Below are positions 19,038 through 31,017 of a stretch of DNA of 64,000 nt, piece after piece. Every line of letters starts with the position of its first letter. Position 1 is the stretch's first letter. The translations under genes and the position numbers were made by a program. Below the pieces are notes generated by a model. It was not told the DNA's origin, ran no database searches, and was given only the letters and a program-made list of their open reading frames with translations. Source of the DNA: Nostoc sp. (GTDB lineage Bacteria > Cyanobacteriota > Cyanobacteriia > Cyanobacteriales > Nostocaceae); assembly GCA_036918135.1 (NCBI GenBank), contig JBALDB010000046.1, forward strand, positions 128,001-192,000, in the 5' to 3' direction.

Positions 19038-20417
19038 GTGGAAGAATTGCTAGAAGCAGTAGAAAAAATTCTACAAAATAAGCCTCTCGATTCCATTGAG
19101 TGGTTTGTGCTTTATCAATCGTGGTTGGGCAAAACTTACGATGAAATGGCAGAGGGAACAGGTTATGGTAGAAACTACATAAAGCAAGTTGGCTCTCAGT
19201 TGTGGCAAGACTTGTCGCAAGCAGCTGGAGAGAGAGTAACAAAAAAAAATCTGCATTTAGTTTTGAGCAAATATTCCCAAGGCATAAGTTGGCAGCAAAA
19301 TCAACTACAACAACAGTTCTATAGAGAATCGAGATTCACAAGCCTTTATCCGAACATATTTTCAGTCGGCAAGATGGAATTTCCTAGCGGCCCGGTGCCA
19401 GTGGATTCTCCTTTATACATCAATCGCCCTCCACTAGAAGAACTGATTTGTAAAGAGATATTACACCCAGGTTGCTTAATCCGGATTAAAGCACCTAGAA
19501 AGATGGGAAAAAGTTCTCTGCTCAACCGAATGATTGCTTATGCTAAAGAGCAGAGTTATCAAATTGTGTATTTAGACTTTCAAGAAGCCGATAGAGAAGT
19601 TTTTACTTCCCTAGATAAATTTTTGCGTTGGTTCTGTGTCAATGTCAGCAGGCAGTTAAACCTGCTTCCTTGTTTAGATGATTTTTGGGATATAGAAATG
19701 GGCAGCAAAGTCAGCTGCAAAATCTATTTTGAAGCGTATATATTACAGTACATTGCATCAAATCCTGTGGTTTTGGCTTTGAATGAAGTACAACAAGTTT
19801 TTGAACATCATAATATTGCTCAAGACTTTTTACCAATGCTGCGATTTTGGCACGAACAAGCAAAGCAAGACCCGATATGGCAAAAACTACGAATGGTAGT
19901 GGTTCACACCACAGAAATTTACATTCCCCTAAAGTTCAACCAATCGCCTTTTAATGTCGGGATTACAATTACCCTGCCACCGTTTAGTCTCAACCAAGTA
20001 CAAGATTTAGCATTGCGTTATGGACTAGATTGGGCAGCAGACTCACTTGGGGCACAACGCCTTGCACCTCTACAAGCAATGGTGGGAGGACATCCTTATC
20101 TAGTGAATTTAGCACTATATCATTTATCTGGGCAAGAAATCACCCTAGAACTGTTATTAGAAACAGCATCGATATCAGCAGGAATTTACACTCAGTATTT
20201 ACGAGAACTGTTGAGCTTGCTGCAAAAAGAACCACAACTAATATCTGCGATGCAACAGGTAATTGCCAGCGACCAGAAAGTAGAATTAGATGCGCTGGCT
20301 GCTTATAAACTCGAAAGCATGGGTTTAGTTCAAATCAATGGCGATCGAGTTTCTCTGATGTGTGAATTATATCGTCTTTATTTTAGCCAACAGTTGGGAA
20401 AACACTCAAGATACTAA
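19038..20417 (+). CDS. AAA_35-type STAND ATPase with N-terminal HTH-like domain
   Basis: W.GKTYDEMA..GY...YIKQVGSQLWQDLS..GERVTKKN N-terminus; IKAPRKMGKSSL P-loop; SPFNVG; GGHPYL. Confidence 0.85.
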   Translation: MEELLEAVEKILQNKPLDSIEWFVLYQSWLGKTYDEMAEGTGYGRNYIKQVGSQLWQDLSQAAGERVTKKNLHLVLSKYSQGISWQQNQLQQQFYRESRFTSLYPNIFSVGKMEFPSGPVPVDSPLYINRPPLEELICKEILHPGCLIRIKAPRKMGKSSLLNRMIAYAKEQSYQIVYLDFQEADREVFTSLDKFLRWFCVNVSRQLNLLPCLDDFWDIEMGSKVSCKIYFEAYILQYIASNPVVLALNEVQQVFEHHNIAQDFLPMLRFWHEQAKQDPIWQKLRMVVVHTTEIYIPLKFNQSPFNVGITITLPPFSLNQVQDLALRYGLDWAADSLGAQRLAPLQAMVGGHPYLVNLALYHLSGQEITLELLLETASISAGIYTQYLRELLSLLQKEPQLISAMQQVIASDQKVELDALAAYKLESMGLVQINGDRVSLMCELYRLYFSQQLGKHSRY

Positions 20418-20516
20418 TAATTCTGGTAAACTGTTGGCAGAAATGCTTTTTAGATGAATTTTTCAATACCAATACAAATTTTTATTTAAAATAACAAATT
20501 TTAAATTTCAAATCAA

Positions 20517-22064
20517 ATGAACAATTATCGATACCAAGTAGGTGGTACCCTAACGAGTGATGCTCCTAGCTATGTTGAGCGCAGAGCAGATATCCAACTA
20601 TACAATGCATTGAAACAAGGTGAATTTTGCTACATCCTTAGCTGTAGGCAAATGGGCAAATCCTCACTGATGGTGAAAACAAAGCATCGTTTGCAAGAAG
20701 AGGGCTTTCGATGTGCCACTATTGATATGACCAATATTGGTTGTGAAAATATCACTCCAGAACAGTGGTATAAGGGAGTTGCAGGTGACCTATGGTTAGG
20801 TTTCCAGCTATTAGGAAAGGTTAATTTAAGAACCTGGTGGCAAGAACAGAAAGATATTTCTTTGGCTCAAAAACTGAGTCGATTTATTTTAGAAATTCTG
20901 TTAGCTCAGTTTCCTAACGAAAGATTGTTTATTTTTATTGATGAAATTGATAGTATTCTGAGTCTAGATTTTCCAGTTGATGACTTTTTTAGCTTAATTA
21001 GGTTTTGTTACAATCATCGGGCAATAGATCCAGAATATAATCGAATAACATTTGCGATTTTCGGTGTTGCGACACCTTCAGACTTAATTTCATATCGAAA
21101 TCATACTACTCCATTTAATATTGGTAAAGCTATAGAAGTAAATGGTTTCACATTTGAAGAAGCTCACCCATTAGCTCTGGGGCTGGAGATTCAAGACAAT
21201 TATCCTCAGAAAGTTTTGAAAGAAATATTAGCTTGGACACAAGGGCAACCATTTCTGACTCAAAAGCTATGTCGGGTACTTGTAAGTTTATCTCAAGACG
21301 ATTTGGGTAGAAAGCTAAAAGTTCCTCCTGGTACAGAAGAATTTTGGATAGAAAATGTAGTGCGATCGCATATCATTGAAAAATGGGAATCCCAAGATGA
21401 ACCAGAGCATCTGAGGACAGTTCGCGATCGCATTCTCAGAAGGGAACAATCTGCTGCTAGATTATTAGGAGTATACCAGCAAATCCTCCAAGGAATTAAA
21501 GTACCTGTTGATGATAGTCGAGAACAAGCAGAACTTTTGTTATCCGGTTTAGTGATTAAAAAGCAAGGTTTTCTGAAAATTAAAAACCGCATTTATGAAG
21601 AAGTTTTCAATCTAGAATGGGTTGGAAAAAAATTAGCTAACCTACGTCCTTACTACGAAAATTTCAATGCATGGGTAGCCTTAAACCAAGAGGATGAGTC
21701 TCGCCTATTGCGTGGACAAGCCTTAATTGATGCCCAAACTTGGGCAAATGGCAAAAGCTTAAGCAACTTAGATTATCAATTTTTAGCTGCTAGCGAAGAA
21801 TTAGATAGGCGAGAAGTGCAGCAAGCATTAGAAGCCGAACGTGCTAAAGAAGTTGAAGCACGACTTGCAGAACAACAAAAAAGGATGGTTCAACAGAGAA
21901 GAAATTCCAGAATAGTGGCACTTTTGCTTCTGGGTATGACAATCAAGTTGGTGATTTCAATAGTGTGGGGAATGTCACTTTTACGAAAGATTGATGCTCT
22001 GCAATCACGGATAAAATGTACTCAAATAGAGCATCAGGGTACACTTAAAAGAATTTGTAATTAG
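20517..22064 (+). CDS. AAA_35-type STAND ATPase with coiled coil and C-terminal TM helix
   Basis: YQVGGTL..DAPSYVERRAD, RQMGKSSL, IFIDEID, TPFNIG, GQPFLTQKLC, QDEPEHLRT; hydrophobic segment near the C-terminus. Confidence 0.85.
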   Translation: MNNYRYQVGGTLTSDAPSYVERRADIQLYNALKQGEFCYILSCRQMGKSSLMVKTKHRLQEEGFRCATIDMTNIGCENITPEQWYKGVAGDLWLGFQLLGKVNLRTWWQEQKDISLAQKLSRFILEILLAQFPNERLFIFIDEIDSILSLDFPVDDFFSLIRFCYNHRAIDPEYNRITFAIFGVATPSDLISYRNHTTPFNIGKAIEVNGFTFEEAHPLALGLEIQDNYPQKVLKEILAWTQGQPFLTQKLCRVLVSLSQDDLGRKLKVPPGTEEFWIENVVRSHIIEKWESQDEPEHLRTVRDRILRREQSAARLLGVYQQILQGIKVPVDDSREQAELLLSGLVIKKQGFLKIKNRIYEEVFNLEWVGKKLANLRPYYENFNAWVALNQEDESRLLRGQALIDAQTWANGKSLSNLDYQFLAASEELDRREVQQALEAERAKEVEARLAEQQKRMVQQRRNSRIVALLLLGMTIKLVISIVWGMSLLRKIDALQSRIKCTQIEHQGTLKRICN

Positions 22065-22236
22065 TCATATAAAGTTCGGCTAATTACTTACAATATGGTT
22101 AGTCTTTTTAGTAATTGGTAATTGCGAATTGGGAAAAAGGAAATAAATAACTGACGATTACCCATTACCTATTACCGATCACCCATTACTGACCCTCACA
22201 GATATCATAAGTATTCAACTGGACATAATATGACTA
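22062..22236. mobile_element. MITE-like element with imperfect ~29-bp terminal inverted repeats
   Basis: Left end TAGTCATATAAAGTTCGGCTAATTACTTA; reverse complement of right end TAGTCATATTATGTCCAGTTGAATACTTA; internal STRR-like heptamers. Confidence 0.6.
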
Positions 22237-22740
22237 ATAAATTCTGTTTTTATTAATAAAATTCTGAGAGGAGAAAGCCTCCACTCAGAATAGAAACAGT
22301 TTACCGTATAACTTTTCACAGTATATGAAAAAAGGTGTAAGGGTTTAGGGAAAACACACTTGTTTGATTTGAATTTTGGAATTTTACATTCCTTCTAGCG
22401 TCATCATACCCTTACTCCCGAACTCAAATAGAGTTTCCAGACCCCATGAAAAGTCAGGTTCCGGTAGAGTAACGGTATTAGATTGTGCTGTTATCACTTT
22501 CCAAACCACTATTTATAGTGTTATTTAAGCTTGTAGCAATACTGCAAGCTATGATGGAATTTTTGACAGCCCATCTGTTACCGTGTTTTCAAATCTTAGC
22601 CTAAGTTTTTGCGATCGCTGAAAATTAGCAATTATCAACTTACACAAATTTAACCAGAAAGCTAAGATTATTAAAATATATCTTACTTTTGTAGCTCAAC
22701 TGAGTTATCCACGCAGAACGCCCCCGAAAAAGCGATCGCT

Positions 22741-24900
22741 ATGCTTCAGTATCCCCATCTCGAACAAGCGCTAAAATATTACTTTGGTTATGATAGATTC
22801 CGCCCCGGACAACGGCAAATTATCGAAGATGCGCTGCAAAATCGGGATTTATTGGTAGTAATGCCTACAGGTGGCGGAAAATCTTTATGTTTTCAGTTAC
22901 CTGCATTAATCAAAAAAGGTTTAACTGTAGTCGTATCGCCCTTAATTGCTTTAATGCAAGACCAAGTGGAAGCACTGCGAAATAATAATGTTAGCGCTAC
23001 GTTTCTCAATAGTAGTTTGAATGCGTATCAGGTGCGATCGCGGGAAGAAGCCATCCTCAATGGGAAAGTTAGATTACTTTACGTCGCCCCAGAACGGCTG
23101 TTGAGTGAAAGATTTCTGCCGTTTCTCGATTTAGTCCATCATCAAATTGGCATTTCTATTTTCGCCATTGACGAAGCACACTGCGTCTCTGAGTGGGGAC
23201 ACGATTTCCGCCCAGAATACCGCCAGTTGATATCTCTGCGAAAACGCTACACTAATGTTCCTACCCTCGCCCTCACCGCCACAGCTACCGATCGCGTCCG
23301 CAGTGATATCATTCAACAATTAGGGCTGAAGCAACCTAGTATCCACATAGCCAGCTTCAATCGCCATAATCTTTATTACGAAGTTCGTTCTAAAACTAAG
23401 TCTGCATACGCACAATTATTAGAACTGGTGCGAGAAAGCGAGGGTTCAGTGATTATTTATTGCTTGACGCGCAAAAAAGTTGATGAACTCACTTTTAAAT
23501 TGCAAAATGATAAAGTTTCTGCATTGCCTTATCATGCCGGATTAACTGATGAAGAACGCAGCAACAATCAAACTCGATTTATTCGCGATGATATGCGCGT
23601 TATGGTGGCAACAATTGCGTTTGGGATGGGAATTAATAAGCCAGATGTGCGATTAGTAATTCACTTTGATTTGCCGCGGAATTTAGAAAGTTATTATCAA
23701 GAATCAGGCAGGGCGGGAAGGGATAATGAACCTTCACGTTGTACATTTTTCTTTAGTTTTGCTGATGTTAAAACCATTGAATGGAGTATTAACCAAAAAA
23801 CTGACCCTCAAGAACAATTAATAGCCAAACAACAACTGCGGCAGGTAATTGATTATGCTGAAGGTACAGACTGTCGCCGGACAATTCAGTTGGGTTATTT
23901 TGGCGAACGGTTTGCTGGAAATTGTGGTAACTGTGATAATTGCCGCAATCCCAAACCGATGCAAGATTGGACAATTGAAGCCATGAAGTTTTTATCTTGT
24001 GTGGCGCGTTGCAAAGAAAGATTTGGCATGACGTATATTATTGATGTGTTGCGCGGTGCCAAAAGTCAAAAAATTATTTTAAATCAACACGACCAACTTT
24101 CTACCTACGGAATTGGCAAAGATAAAACTGTAGATGAGTGGCGAATACTGGGGCGATCGCTTTTACATCAAGGAGTATTAGAACAGACTAGCGATGGTTA
24201 CTCTGTTTTGAAACTCAACGCCCACAGTTGGGAAGTAATGCGGCGACAACGCACAGTTTCCCTAGCTTTGACTGTAGCAGAAAATATTACTTTGACACAA
24301 ACAAGTGAAAAAGCTACAGAAGCAGAGATATTAATGCAGAGATTGCGATCGCTCCGCAAACAACTTGCTGATGAACAATCTGTTCCACCTTATATTGTCT
24401 TTCAAGATTCTACCTTGAAATTGATGGCCCAGGTACAACCTAAAACAATGACTGAATTTGGTAAACTTTCCGGCGTCGGCACTCACAAACTCGCCCAATA
24501 TGGCGAAAAGTTCCTTGCAGAAATTCGCGCTTACCGCCAAGAAAAAGGTTTGGTAGATGCAGCACAAGTTAATTTTACACCCTCTACTAGCTTACCTTCC
24601 GACACCGAAATCTTGACATTTCAATTGCATAAACAAGGTTTGAGTGTTACTGAAATTGCCCAAAAACGCAATATTCGTCCCACGACAATTATCCGTCATT
24701 TGGCAGATTTAATTGAGAAAAATCAGTCTGTAGATTTAAATCAGTTAGTATCTCTCGAACATCAGCAAAAAATTTGGCAAGTTTTAGAAGTGCTTGGCGA
24801 CATCTCTTTAACACCAATTCGAGAACAACTAGGTGAAAGCTATACTTATGACGAAATTCGCTTAGTGCGCGGTAAGTGGCGGCGCGAAAATCGTAAGTAA
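22741..24900 (+). CDS. recQ: ATP-dependent DNA helicase RecQ
   Basis: [38 protein letters not shown], Zn/RQC region, HRDC. Confidence 0.97.
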   Translation: MLQYPHLEQALKYYFGYDRFRPGQRQIIEDALQNRDLLVVMPTGGGKSLCFQLPALIKKGLTVVVSPLIALMQDQVEALRNNNVSATFLNSSLNAYQVRSREEAILNGKVRLLYVAPERLLSERFLPFLDLVHHQIGISIFAIDEAHCVSEWGHDFRPEYRQLISLRKRYTNVPTLALTATATDRVRSDIIQQLGLKQPSIHIASFNRHNLYYEVRSKTKSAYAQLLELVRESEGSVIIYCLTRKKVDELTFKLQNDKVSALPYHAGLTDEERSNNQTRFIRDDMRVMVATIAFGMGINKPDVRLVIHFDLPRNLESYYQESGRAGRDNEPSRCTFFFSFADVKTIEWSINQKTDPQEQLIAKQQLRQVIDYAEGTDCRRTIQLGYFGERFAGNCGNCDNCRNPKPMQDWTIEAMKFLSCVARCKERFGMTYIIDVLRGAKSQKIILNQHDQLSTYGIGKDKTVDEWRILGRSLLHQGVLEQTSDGYSVLKLNAHSWEVMRRQRTVSLALTVAENITLTQTSEKATEAEILMQRLRSLRKQLADEQSVPPYIVFQDSTLKLMAQVQPKTMTEFGKLSGVGTHKLAQYGEKFLAEIRAYRQEKGLVDAAQVNFTPSTSLPSDTEILTFQLHKQGLSVTEIAQKRNIRPTTIIRHLADLIEKNQSVDLNQLVSLEHQQKIWQVLEVLGDISLTPIREQLGESYTYDEIRLVRGKWRRENRK

Positions 24901-25217
24901 TAATTTCAAGTTTTAGCTAATAATTTAGAATTCAGGTAGAAGGTAGTGCGTTAGAATATTTTTTGCGACCAAAACCTTTTATACAAAAAGTGATAAATAT
25001 TAGATAAGGGATACATTAACGAAGCTAAAACACATATTCACTGCATAATCACTTGTGAGGTTCCTTGACTACTGACTGTTAACAGTCAATCGTCAGCCGT
25101 CAACAGCCAACACCAAAATATATGCTTTCTTAAATGTGAAATAGCCGATCTCCATCTCTCGAACTGCAATCAAGCTAAGTATTATTGCTCAAATCATCAG
25201 ATAACCAGAGGGGAACT

Positions 25218-27875
25218 ATGACGGCAGAAGAACAACGGTTGCAAGAAGACCGCGATCGCAAAGCCTATTGGCGACGCTGGGGATCGTACGTGAGTAATCG
25301 GCAGTGGGGGACAGTGCGCGAAGACTATAGCGCTGATGGCTCAGCTTGGGACTATTTCCCCCACGACCATGCCCGATCGCGTGCTTACCGTTGGGGTGAA
25401 GATGGGATTGCCGGAATTTCTGATAATCATCAACGGTTGTGTTTTGCGATCGCCCTGTGGAACGAGCAAGACCCAATCCTCAAAGAGCGGATGTTTGGCT
25501 TAACAGGCAATGAAGGCAATCATGGCGAAGATGTTAAAGAATATTATTTTTTTCTGGATAACACGCCAACTCATGCATACATGAAATGCTTGTACAAATA
25601 TCCGCAGCAGGCATTTCCCTACACACAGCTAGTAGAAGAAAACCGTCGTCGCAGCAAGCAGGAGGCGGAATTTGAATTGCTTGATACGGGTGTATTTGAC
25701 GCAGACCAGTACTTTGATGTGTTCGTCGAGTATGCTAAAGCCTCTGCTGAAGACATATTAATTCAAATCACAATTGCTAATCGCTCTTCCGAAGCCAAGC
25801 CATTGCATCTGCTACCTTCGCTTTGGTTTCGCAATACCTGGTCATTCGATGGCAATAGTGAAAAACCAGTATTAAAGGTACTAAAATCTGAGACAGATTT
25901 CAGCATCATTGAAGCGTCTCACCCTGGCATGAACGATTATTGGCTCTACTGTCAAGGTGCAGCAGAACTTTTGTTTACTGAGAATGAAACGAATTTTGAG
26001 CGGCTGTACGGCGTGGAAAATGCCTCACCCTACGTTAAAGATGCTTTCCATGAATATCTAGTCCACAATCGCCAGGATGCAGTAAATCCGAATCGGCTCG
26101 GCACAAAATTTGCAGCTGACTACAAATTGATGATTCCAGCAGGAGGAGAGCAAACTATACGCTTGCGGTTGGCAGATTGGTCTGGGATTGCCGAACCATT
26201 TGGCAGTGAGTTCGAGCAAATTTTTGGCGATCGGATCAAAGAAGCCGATGAATTCTACCAACGGATTACGCCGTTTTCCCTACCCGACGACCAGCGCAAC
26301 ATCCAGCGTCAAGCTTTTGCCGGGATGCTGTGGAGCAAACAGTTTTATCTCTACGTCATCGAAGATTGGCTCAAAGGCGACACGGCTACTCTAACTCCCC
26401 CCGATTCCCGTCGCAGTGTTCGCAACACTGATTGGCTACATCTGCATATTGATGATATTCTCTCAATGCCAGACACCTGGGAATATCCTTGGTTTGCTGC
26501 TTGGGATTTGGCATTTCACATGATTCCCTTGGCAATGATTGACCCAGATTTTGCCAAGCGACAATTGCAACGCCTGACGCGGGAATGGTATATGCATCCG
26601 AACGGGCAGTTACCTGCGTATGAGTGGAAACTCAGCGATGTCAATCCACCTGTACACGCTTGGGCAGCGTGGCAAGTGTATCAGATTGAGCAGAAATTCT
26701 ACGGTCACGCTGACAAACAGTTTCTTGAGCGCGTATTTCAAAAGCTGTTGCTCAATTTTACTTGGTGGGTCAACCGCAAAGATGCCGACGGTAAAAACAT
26801 TTTTCAGGGCGGCTTTTTGGGTATGGACAATATTGGCGTGTTCGATCGCAGTGCGCCGTTACCCACAGGCGGTGATTTAGAGCAAGCAGACGGTACAAGC
26901 TGGATGGCAATGTTTTGCATGAATATGCTGACCATCGCCCTCGAATTGGCTATGGATGAACCCATATACGAAGACATTGCCAGCAAATTCTTCGAGCATT
27001 TTCTACGAATTGCAGCCGCGATGGATGGGATTGGTAAAGATGAACTTGTCCTTTGGGATGAAGAGGACGGGTTTTTCTACGATGCATTGCTCTTCCCAAA
27101 TGGGCATCATTGCGCGATGAAAGTGCGCTCAATGGTTGGCTTGGTGCCTTTGTTCGCGGTAGGAACACTGGAACTCGAAACTCTAGAAAAACTCAGCGGG
27201 TTCAGGGAGCGAACCGAGTGGTTTATCAAACATCGCCCAGACCTCACATCTGGAATTGCCTGTATGCACACTGAAGGCGAACACCAGCGGCATTTACTGG
27301 CAATTTTAGATAGCAAGAAGCTAAAGCGCATCTTGAGCCGGATGTTGGATGAGCGCGAGTTTTTAAGTCCCTACGGAATTCGCTCTGTATCAAAATTTCA
27401 CGCCGAACATCCATTCATCCTGCGCGTCAACGACGAGGAGTATCGGGTAGACTACGAACCAGCTGAATCTACAAATAACTTATTTGGTGGCAATTCTAAC
27501 TGGCGCGGGCCGATTTGGTTTCCAATGAATTATTTAATGATTGAAGCTTTACAGCAATTTTATCAATATTTAGGAGATGACTACAAAGTAGAATGTCCAA
27601 CTGGTTCTGGAAAATGGATGACGCTCAAGGAGGTAGCGATTGATTTGTCAAAACGACTTGAACGGATTTTTCAACAAAATGCTGATGGCACTCGACCTGT
27701 ATACGGCGCTGTTGAGATTTTTCAGAATAATCCCCATTGGCAAAATTTGCTCACATTTAACGAGTACTTTCATGGCGACAATGGTGCTGGCTTAGGGGCA
27801 AGTCATCAAACTGGCTGGACAGGAGTGATTGCACAATTAATTCATCACTGCGGCGAAAGCTCATCCCTCGTTTAA
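25218..27875 (+). CDS. GH63/MGH1-like glycoside hydrolase (glucosidase)
   Basis: [52 protein letters not shown] 25218 after AGAGGGG. Confidence 0.88.
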   Translation: MTAEEQRLQEDRDRKAYWRRWGSYVSNRQWGTVREDYSADGSAWDYFPHDHARSRAYRWGEDGIAGISDNHQRLCFAIALWNEQDPILKERMFGLTGNEGNHGEDVKEYYFFLDNTPTHAYMKCLYKYPQQAFPYTQLVEENRRRSKQEAEFELLDTGVFDADQYFDVFVEYAKASAEDILIQITIANRSSEAKPLHLLPSLWFRNTWSFDGNSEKPVLKVLKSETDFSIIEASHPGMNDYWLYCQGAAELLFTENETNFERLYGVENASPYVKDAFHEYLVHNRQDAVNPNRLGTKFAADYKLMIPAGGEQTIRLRLADWSGIAEPFGSEFEQIFGDRIKEADEFYQRITPFSLPDDQRNIQRQAFAGMLWSKQFYLYVIEDWLKGDTATLTPPDSRRSVRNTDWLHLHIDDILSMPDTWEYPWFAAWDLAFHMIPLAMIDPDFAKRQLQRLTREWYMHPNGQLPAYEWKLSDVNPPVHAWAAWQVYQIEQKFYGHADKQFLERVFQKLLLNFTWWVNRKDADGKNIFQGGFLGMDNIGVFDRSAPLPTGGDLEQADGTSWMAMFCMNMLTIALELAMDEPIYEDIASKFFEHFLRIAAAMDGIGKDELVLWDEEDGFFYDALLFPNGHHCAMKVRSMVGLVPLFAVGTLELETLEKLSGFRERTEWFIKHRPDLTSGIACMHTEGEHQRHLLAILDSKKLKRILSRMLDEREFLSPYGIRSVSKFHAEHPFILRVNDEEYRVDYEPAESTNNLFGGNSNWRGPIWFPMNYLMIEALQQFYQYLGDDYKVECPTGSGKWMTLKEVAIDLSKRLERIFQQNADGTRPVYGAVEIFQNNPHWQNLLTFNEYFHGDNGAGLGASHQTGWTGVIAQLIHHCGESSSLV

Positions 27876-28230
27876 GGACTTTGAGAAAATAAATTATTCT
27901 CTCTTAACAAGAATCATAATTATTAATAAGTGTTAAGGGAGAATATTTTACACATTTGCAATGTTCGCCTGAATAAAAATTTTAAAAGAAAAAGTTCTCA
28001 AGCAGTTCAGGAGGCAGGAGGAACCCACTCTTAAAAAGGTGGGATTGAAACAAGGAGGTTTTATACCTTGCTGCAAGTAGTCTCGGTATAATTATGATTT
28101 TAAACTGTAGTTCAAATCCTGCAACTTTAGCAGAGCCGGAGAAGCTCAGCCTCCGATTTTAATTGATACTCTTAACCTCCTGCCTCCTAACTCCTGCCTT
28201 TCTTTGTAATTTATAGTGTACTTAAATTGA

Positions 28231-29406
28231 ATGGAAAAACAGATTTCAAGTAATGGATTAACCAAAGTCCAAGTACTGATTATGGCGATCGCTGCTGGTG
28301 TTTGTGTTGCTAACATTTATTATAATCAGCCAATCCTCAAAGATATTGCATCTTCTTTTGGAGTCACTGAAAGCGAAGCGGGTAGCGTATCTGTGCTTTC
28401 ACAAGTTGGTTACGGTTTTGGGCTTTTCTTCTTAATTCCTTTGGGCGATAAAATCAATAAGAAAAAATTGATTCTTAGCTTACTAGCATGTTTGTTTTGT
28501 TTGCTAATAGTGATGACGTTTGCCCAAAACATCGTCGAAGTTTGGATATTGAGCGTAGCAATTGGAATTGCAACAGTCTCAGCTCAGGTTATTCTGCCCT
28601 TAGCAGCAAGTATAGATAGAGTCACTACAGGTCAAACTGTAGGTAACATTTTTACTGGTATATTGATTGGAATTTTAGCAGCAAGGGTTGTTAGTGGATA
28701 TATTGCTGAATGGTTGGGTTGGCGTTATGTATATGGATTTTCGGCAGTCATGATTTTAATTGTTACTGTCTTACTCAATATATATTTACCTAATGTTAAA
28801 AATGAATTTACTGGTTATTATTGGGAATTATTAAAATCAACACTTCACCAATTAAAACGTTTTTCCTTATTAAGAGAAACGTCTTTAATTGGCGGGTTAT
28901 TGTTTGGTGTTTTTTGCTCCTTTTGGACAACGTTGACTTTCCATTTAAGCGGAGCGCCTTTTCATTTTCAATCTGACACAATTGGGATGTATGGCTTTGT
29001 AGCGATCGCAGGTGCATTGATGGCCCCAGTTTTTGGTAAACTAGCGGATCGAGGTAACTCCCAACGTTCCTTAACTTTTGCTGTATTGCTGGTGATTGCA
29101 AGTTTAGTGATTGCGAAAATTGCTTCTGGTTCAGCAGTGGCGATCGCTGTTGCTGTATTGTTACTAGATGTAGGTGTACAAGCAATGCAGGTTACTAATA
29201 TCGCAAGAATATACACTCTGGATGCTCAATCCAATAGTCGTATTAACACCGTTTACATGACCACCTATTTTATCGGCGGTGCTGTAGGTACTAGCATTGG
29301 TCTATTATGCTGGAATCTTGGTGGCTGGAATTTGGTGACTTGGCAAATGTTAGTTTTTACTTTGCTTGCATTTTTTATTATTGTCAGACCTAAAATAACT
29401 AAGTAG
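28231..29406 (+). CDS. MFS transporter
   Basis: ANIYYNQPIL, PLGD, multiple TM helices, SRINTVYM. Confidence 0.9.
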   Translation: MEKQISSNGLTKVQVLIMAIAAGVCVANIYYNQPILKDIASSFGVTESEAGSVSVLSQVGYGFGLFFLIPLGDKINKKKLILSLLACLFCLLIVMTFAQNIVEVWILSVAIGIATVSAQVILPLAASIDRVTTGQTVGNIFTGILIGILAARVVSGYIAEWLGWRYVYGFSAVMILIVTVLLNIYLPNVKNEFTGYYWELLKSTLHQLKRFSLLRETSLIGGLLFGVFCSFWTTLTFHLSGAPFHFQSDTIGMYGFVAIAGALMAPVFGKLADRGNSQRSLTFAVLLVIASLVIAKIASGSAVAIAVAVLLLDVGVQAMQVTNIARIYTLDAQSNSRINTVYMTTYFIGGAVGTSIGLLCWNLGGWNLVTWQMLVFTLLAFFIIVRPKITK

Positions 29407-29504
29407 GTTGGGAAAAATGAGTCCTATAGCTGTACTTAATAATTTGCGATCGATAGCTCAACCTCATTAAACGTAAAATGTGATTACGAGTAAAAAGAAG
29501 TCAA

Positions 29505-29575
29505 GCGTACCACTTCCCTGCGGGACGCTACGCGAACGTGGAAGCAAGCTACGCGGAGCGTCTCGTAGAGAAGTA
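29505..29575. repeat. cluster of small dispersed repeats
   Basis: GC-rich CCCTGCGGGACGCTACGCGAAC and GCTACGCGGAGCGTCTCGTAGAGAAG in AT-rich spacer; related inverted motif GTTCGCGTAGCGT near 42864. Confidence 0.55.
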
Positions 29576-29749
29576 ATCGCCAGGACTCTAGATTACATTT
29601 TCAATGTTGACCTACTTAAACAATAACCCCAACTTCTTTTAGAAGCCGGGGTTATATCGCTTTTAATTCTCACAAATCAAATAGATATCACCTTGCACCA
29701 ATAAGTATATTTTATCCTCATCAAGGTAATATCTTGAAATCAGCGTGTT

Positions 29750-29917
29750 TTAAGTAAAGCTGGGGATTTCCAAGTTGGAATCTTGCGATGTTACAGCAGA
29801 CGGTGATGTTACAGTGTTCTTCTCTTTAGCAGACACAATTACAGATAACAGCTTAGGTAGCGCTACACAAACAACAGTACTAAGCAGCGTCATGAATAAA
29901 CCATCTATCAAACTCAT
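29750..29917 (-). CDS. 55-aa small hydrophobic protein (paralogue of 30543-30788)
   Basis: GGGGAG ribosome-binding site before ATG; MSLIDGLFMTLLSTVVCVALPKLL... Confidence 0.65.
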   Translation of the reverse strand: MSLIDGLFMTLLSTVVCVALPKLLSVIVSAKEKNTVTSPSAVTSQDSNLEIPSFT

Positions 29918-30542
29918 TATCTTATCTCCCCCGTTTGCAAAACTGCTATTCACATAATTATTAGTTTGAAGCAAAATTAGTACAATTACTTAAAACTAGA
30001 TTTTGAATTTCCTTTCTCAGGTATAAGTTAACTAAATAATATATTTTTATCCAATGGTAACTATCAATTTTTAACTATCACCTTATTTCCTACTGTCTTG
30101 GGGTCTTCCTCTGCAACGTACTAGGGTATGTTATGGCTTTGCCGTCGCTGCCCTGTGGTCGCTTACCATCTTTTTCGTGACAAATCATCTAAAAATATGC
30201 GCCTAACACACCCTAAAGTAATTTTATTTTTACTTGATAAATGACCTCTAATCGAATAGGAGTTCTATATTTGATTAAACTTAAGGGACTAATAAACAAA
30301 AAATATCCTGCTGTTCACACTTAATTGTCATCAGTCATCAGTCAGCAATTTAACGTAAGATAATTTATTTCTTGAAATTGGGTATGATTGGAAATTTGGA
30401 ATATTACAAAGACCCGAAAAACATATCATAGAAGATACAAAACTTTATCGGGTTCTTGAAGGTTTAGCAGAATTAGTCAGAGTGCTTGTAGGAATTCTGA
30501 GTAATACTAATCTTAGTTGACCGAAAAGTTTTGCAATCGCTA

Positions 30543-30788
30543 TTAATTCGGAGAACACCGATCGCAAAAATCAGGACGAAATTTGCAGTATTGGCTACCC
30601 GTTAATGAGTAAACTGTACAATAGGGAAAACTCGTAAGTTGAATTTTGGCTGGTTGTAATTCTGAATTGTTGGGCGACAATTCAGTAAATTTAGTTTTAT
30701 GAGCTAGAAAAATATCTATCAGTTTAGGTAGCACTATGCAGCCAGCAATGTTAACCAAAGTTAGCAGTATAACGTCTGTGCAATTCAT
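30543..30788 (-). CDS. 81-aa small hydrophobic protein with Cys-rich tail
   Basis: AGAGGAG ribosome-binding site; MNCTDVILLTLVNIAGCIVLPKLI...YCTVYSLTGSQYCKFRPDFCDRC. Confidence 0.65.
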   Translation of the reverse strand: MNCTDVILLTLVNIAGCIVLPKLIDIFLAHKTKFTELSPNNSELQPAKIQLTSFPYCTVYSLTGSQYCKFRPDFCDRCSPN

Positions 30789-31017
30789 AGGTAATCATCT
30801 CCTCTAAAAATAGGCGATCGCTTTTCTTACTGCAAACACAATCCATAGCTTCCAGTCTATGCAAATTAATCTTAACATAAAGTTTTGTAAATATAAAGTT
30901 GGATTTCCTGGAATTATCGTAAACAACAGGGAATGTGGATAATGAGCACGGTTATTGTAGCGGAATGACAAAATAAGCTAGAAAGCGATCGCTTAAAAAT
31001 CTTGATTGTAAGGTGTT

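Noticed and set aside
29750..30788. RiPP precursor cluster
   Set aside because: No recognisable leader (Nif11, NHLP, double-Gly) and no modifying enzymes nearby; kept only as small-protein paralogues.
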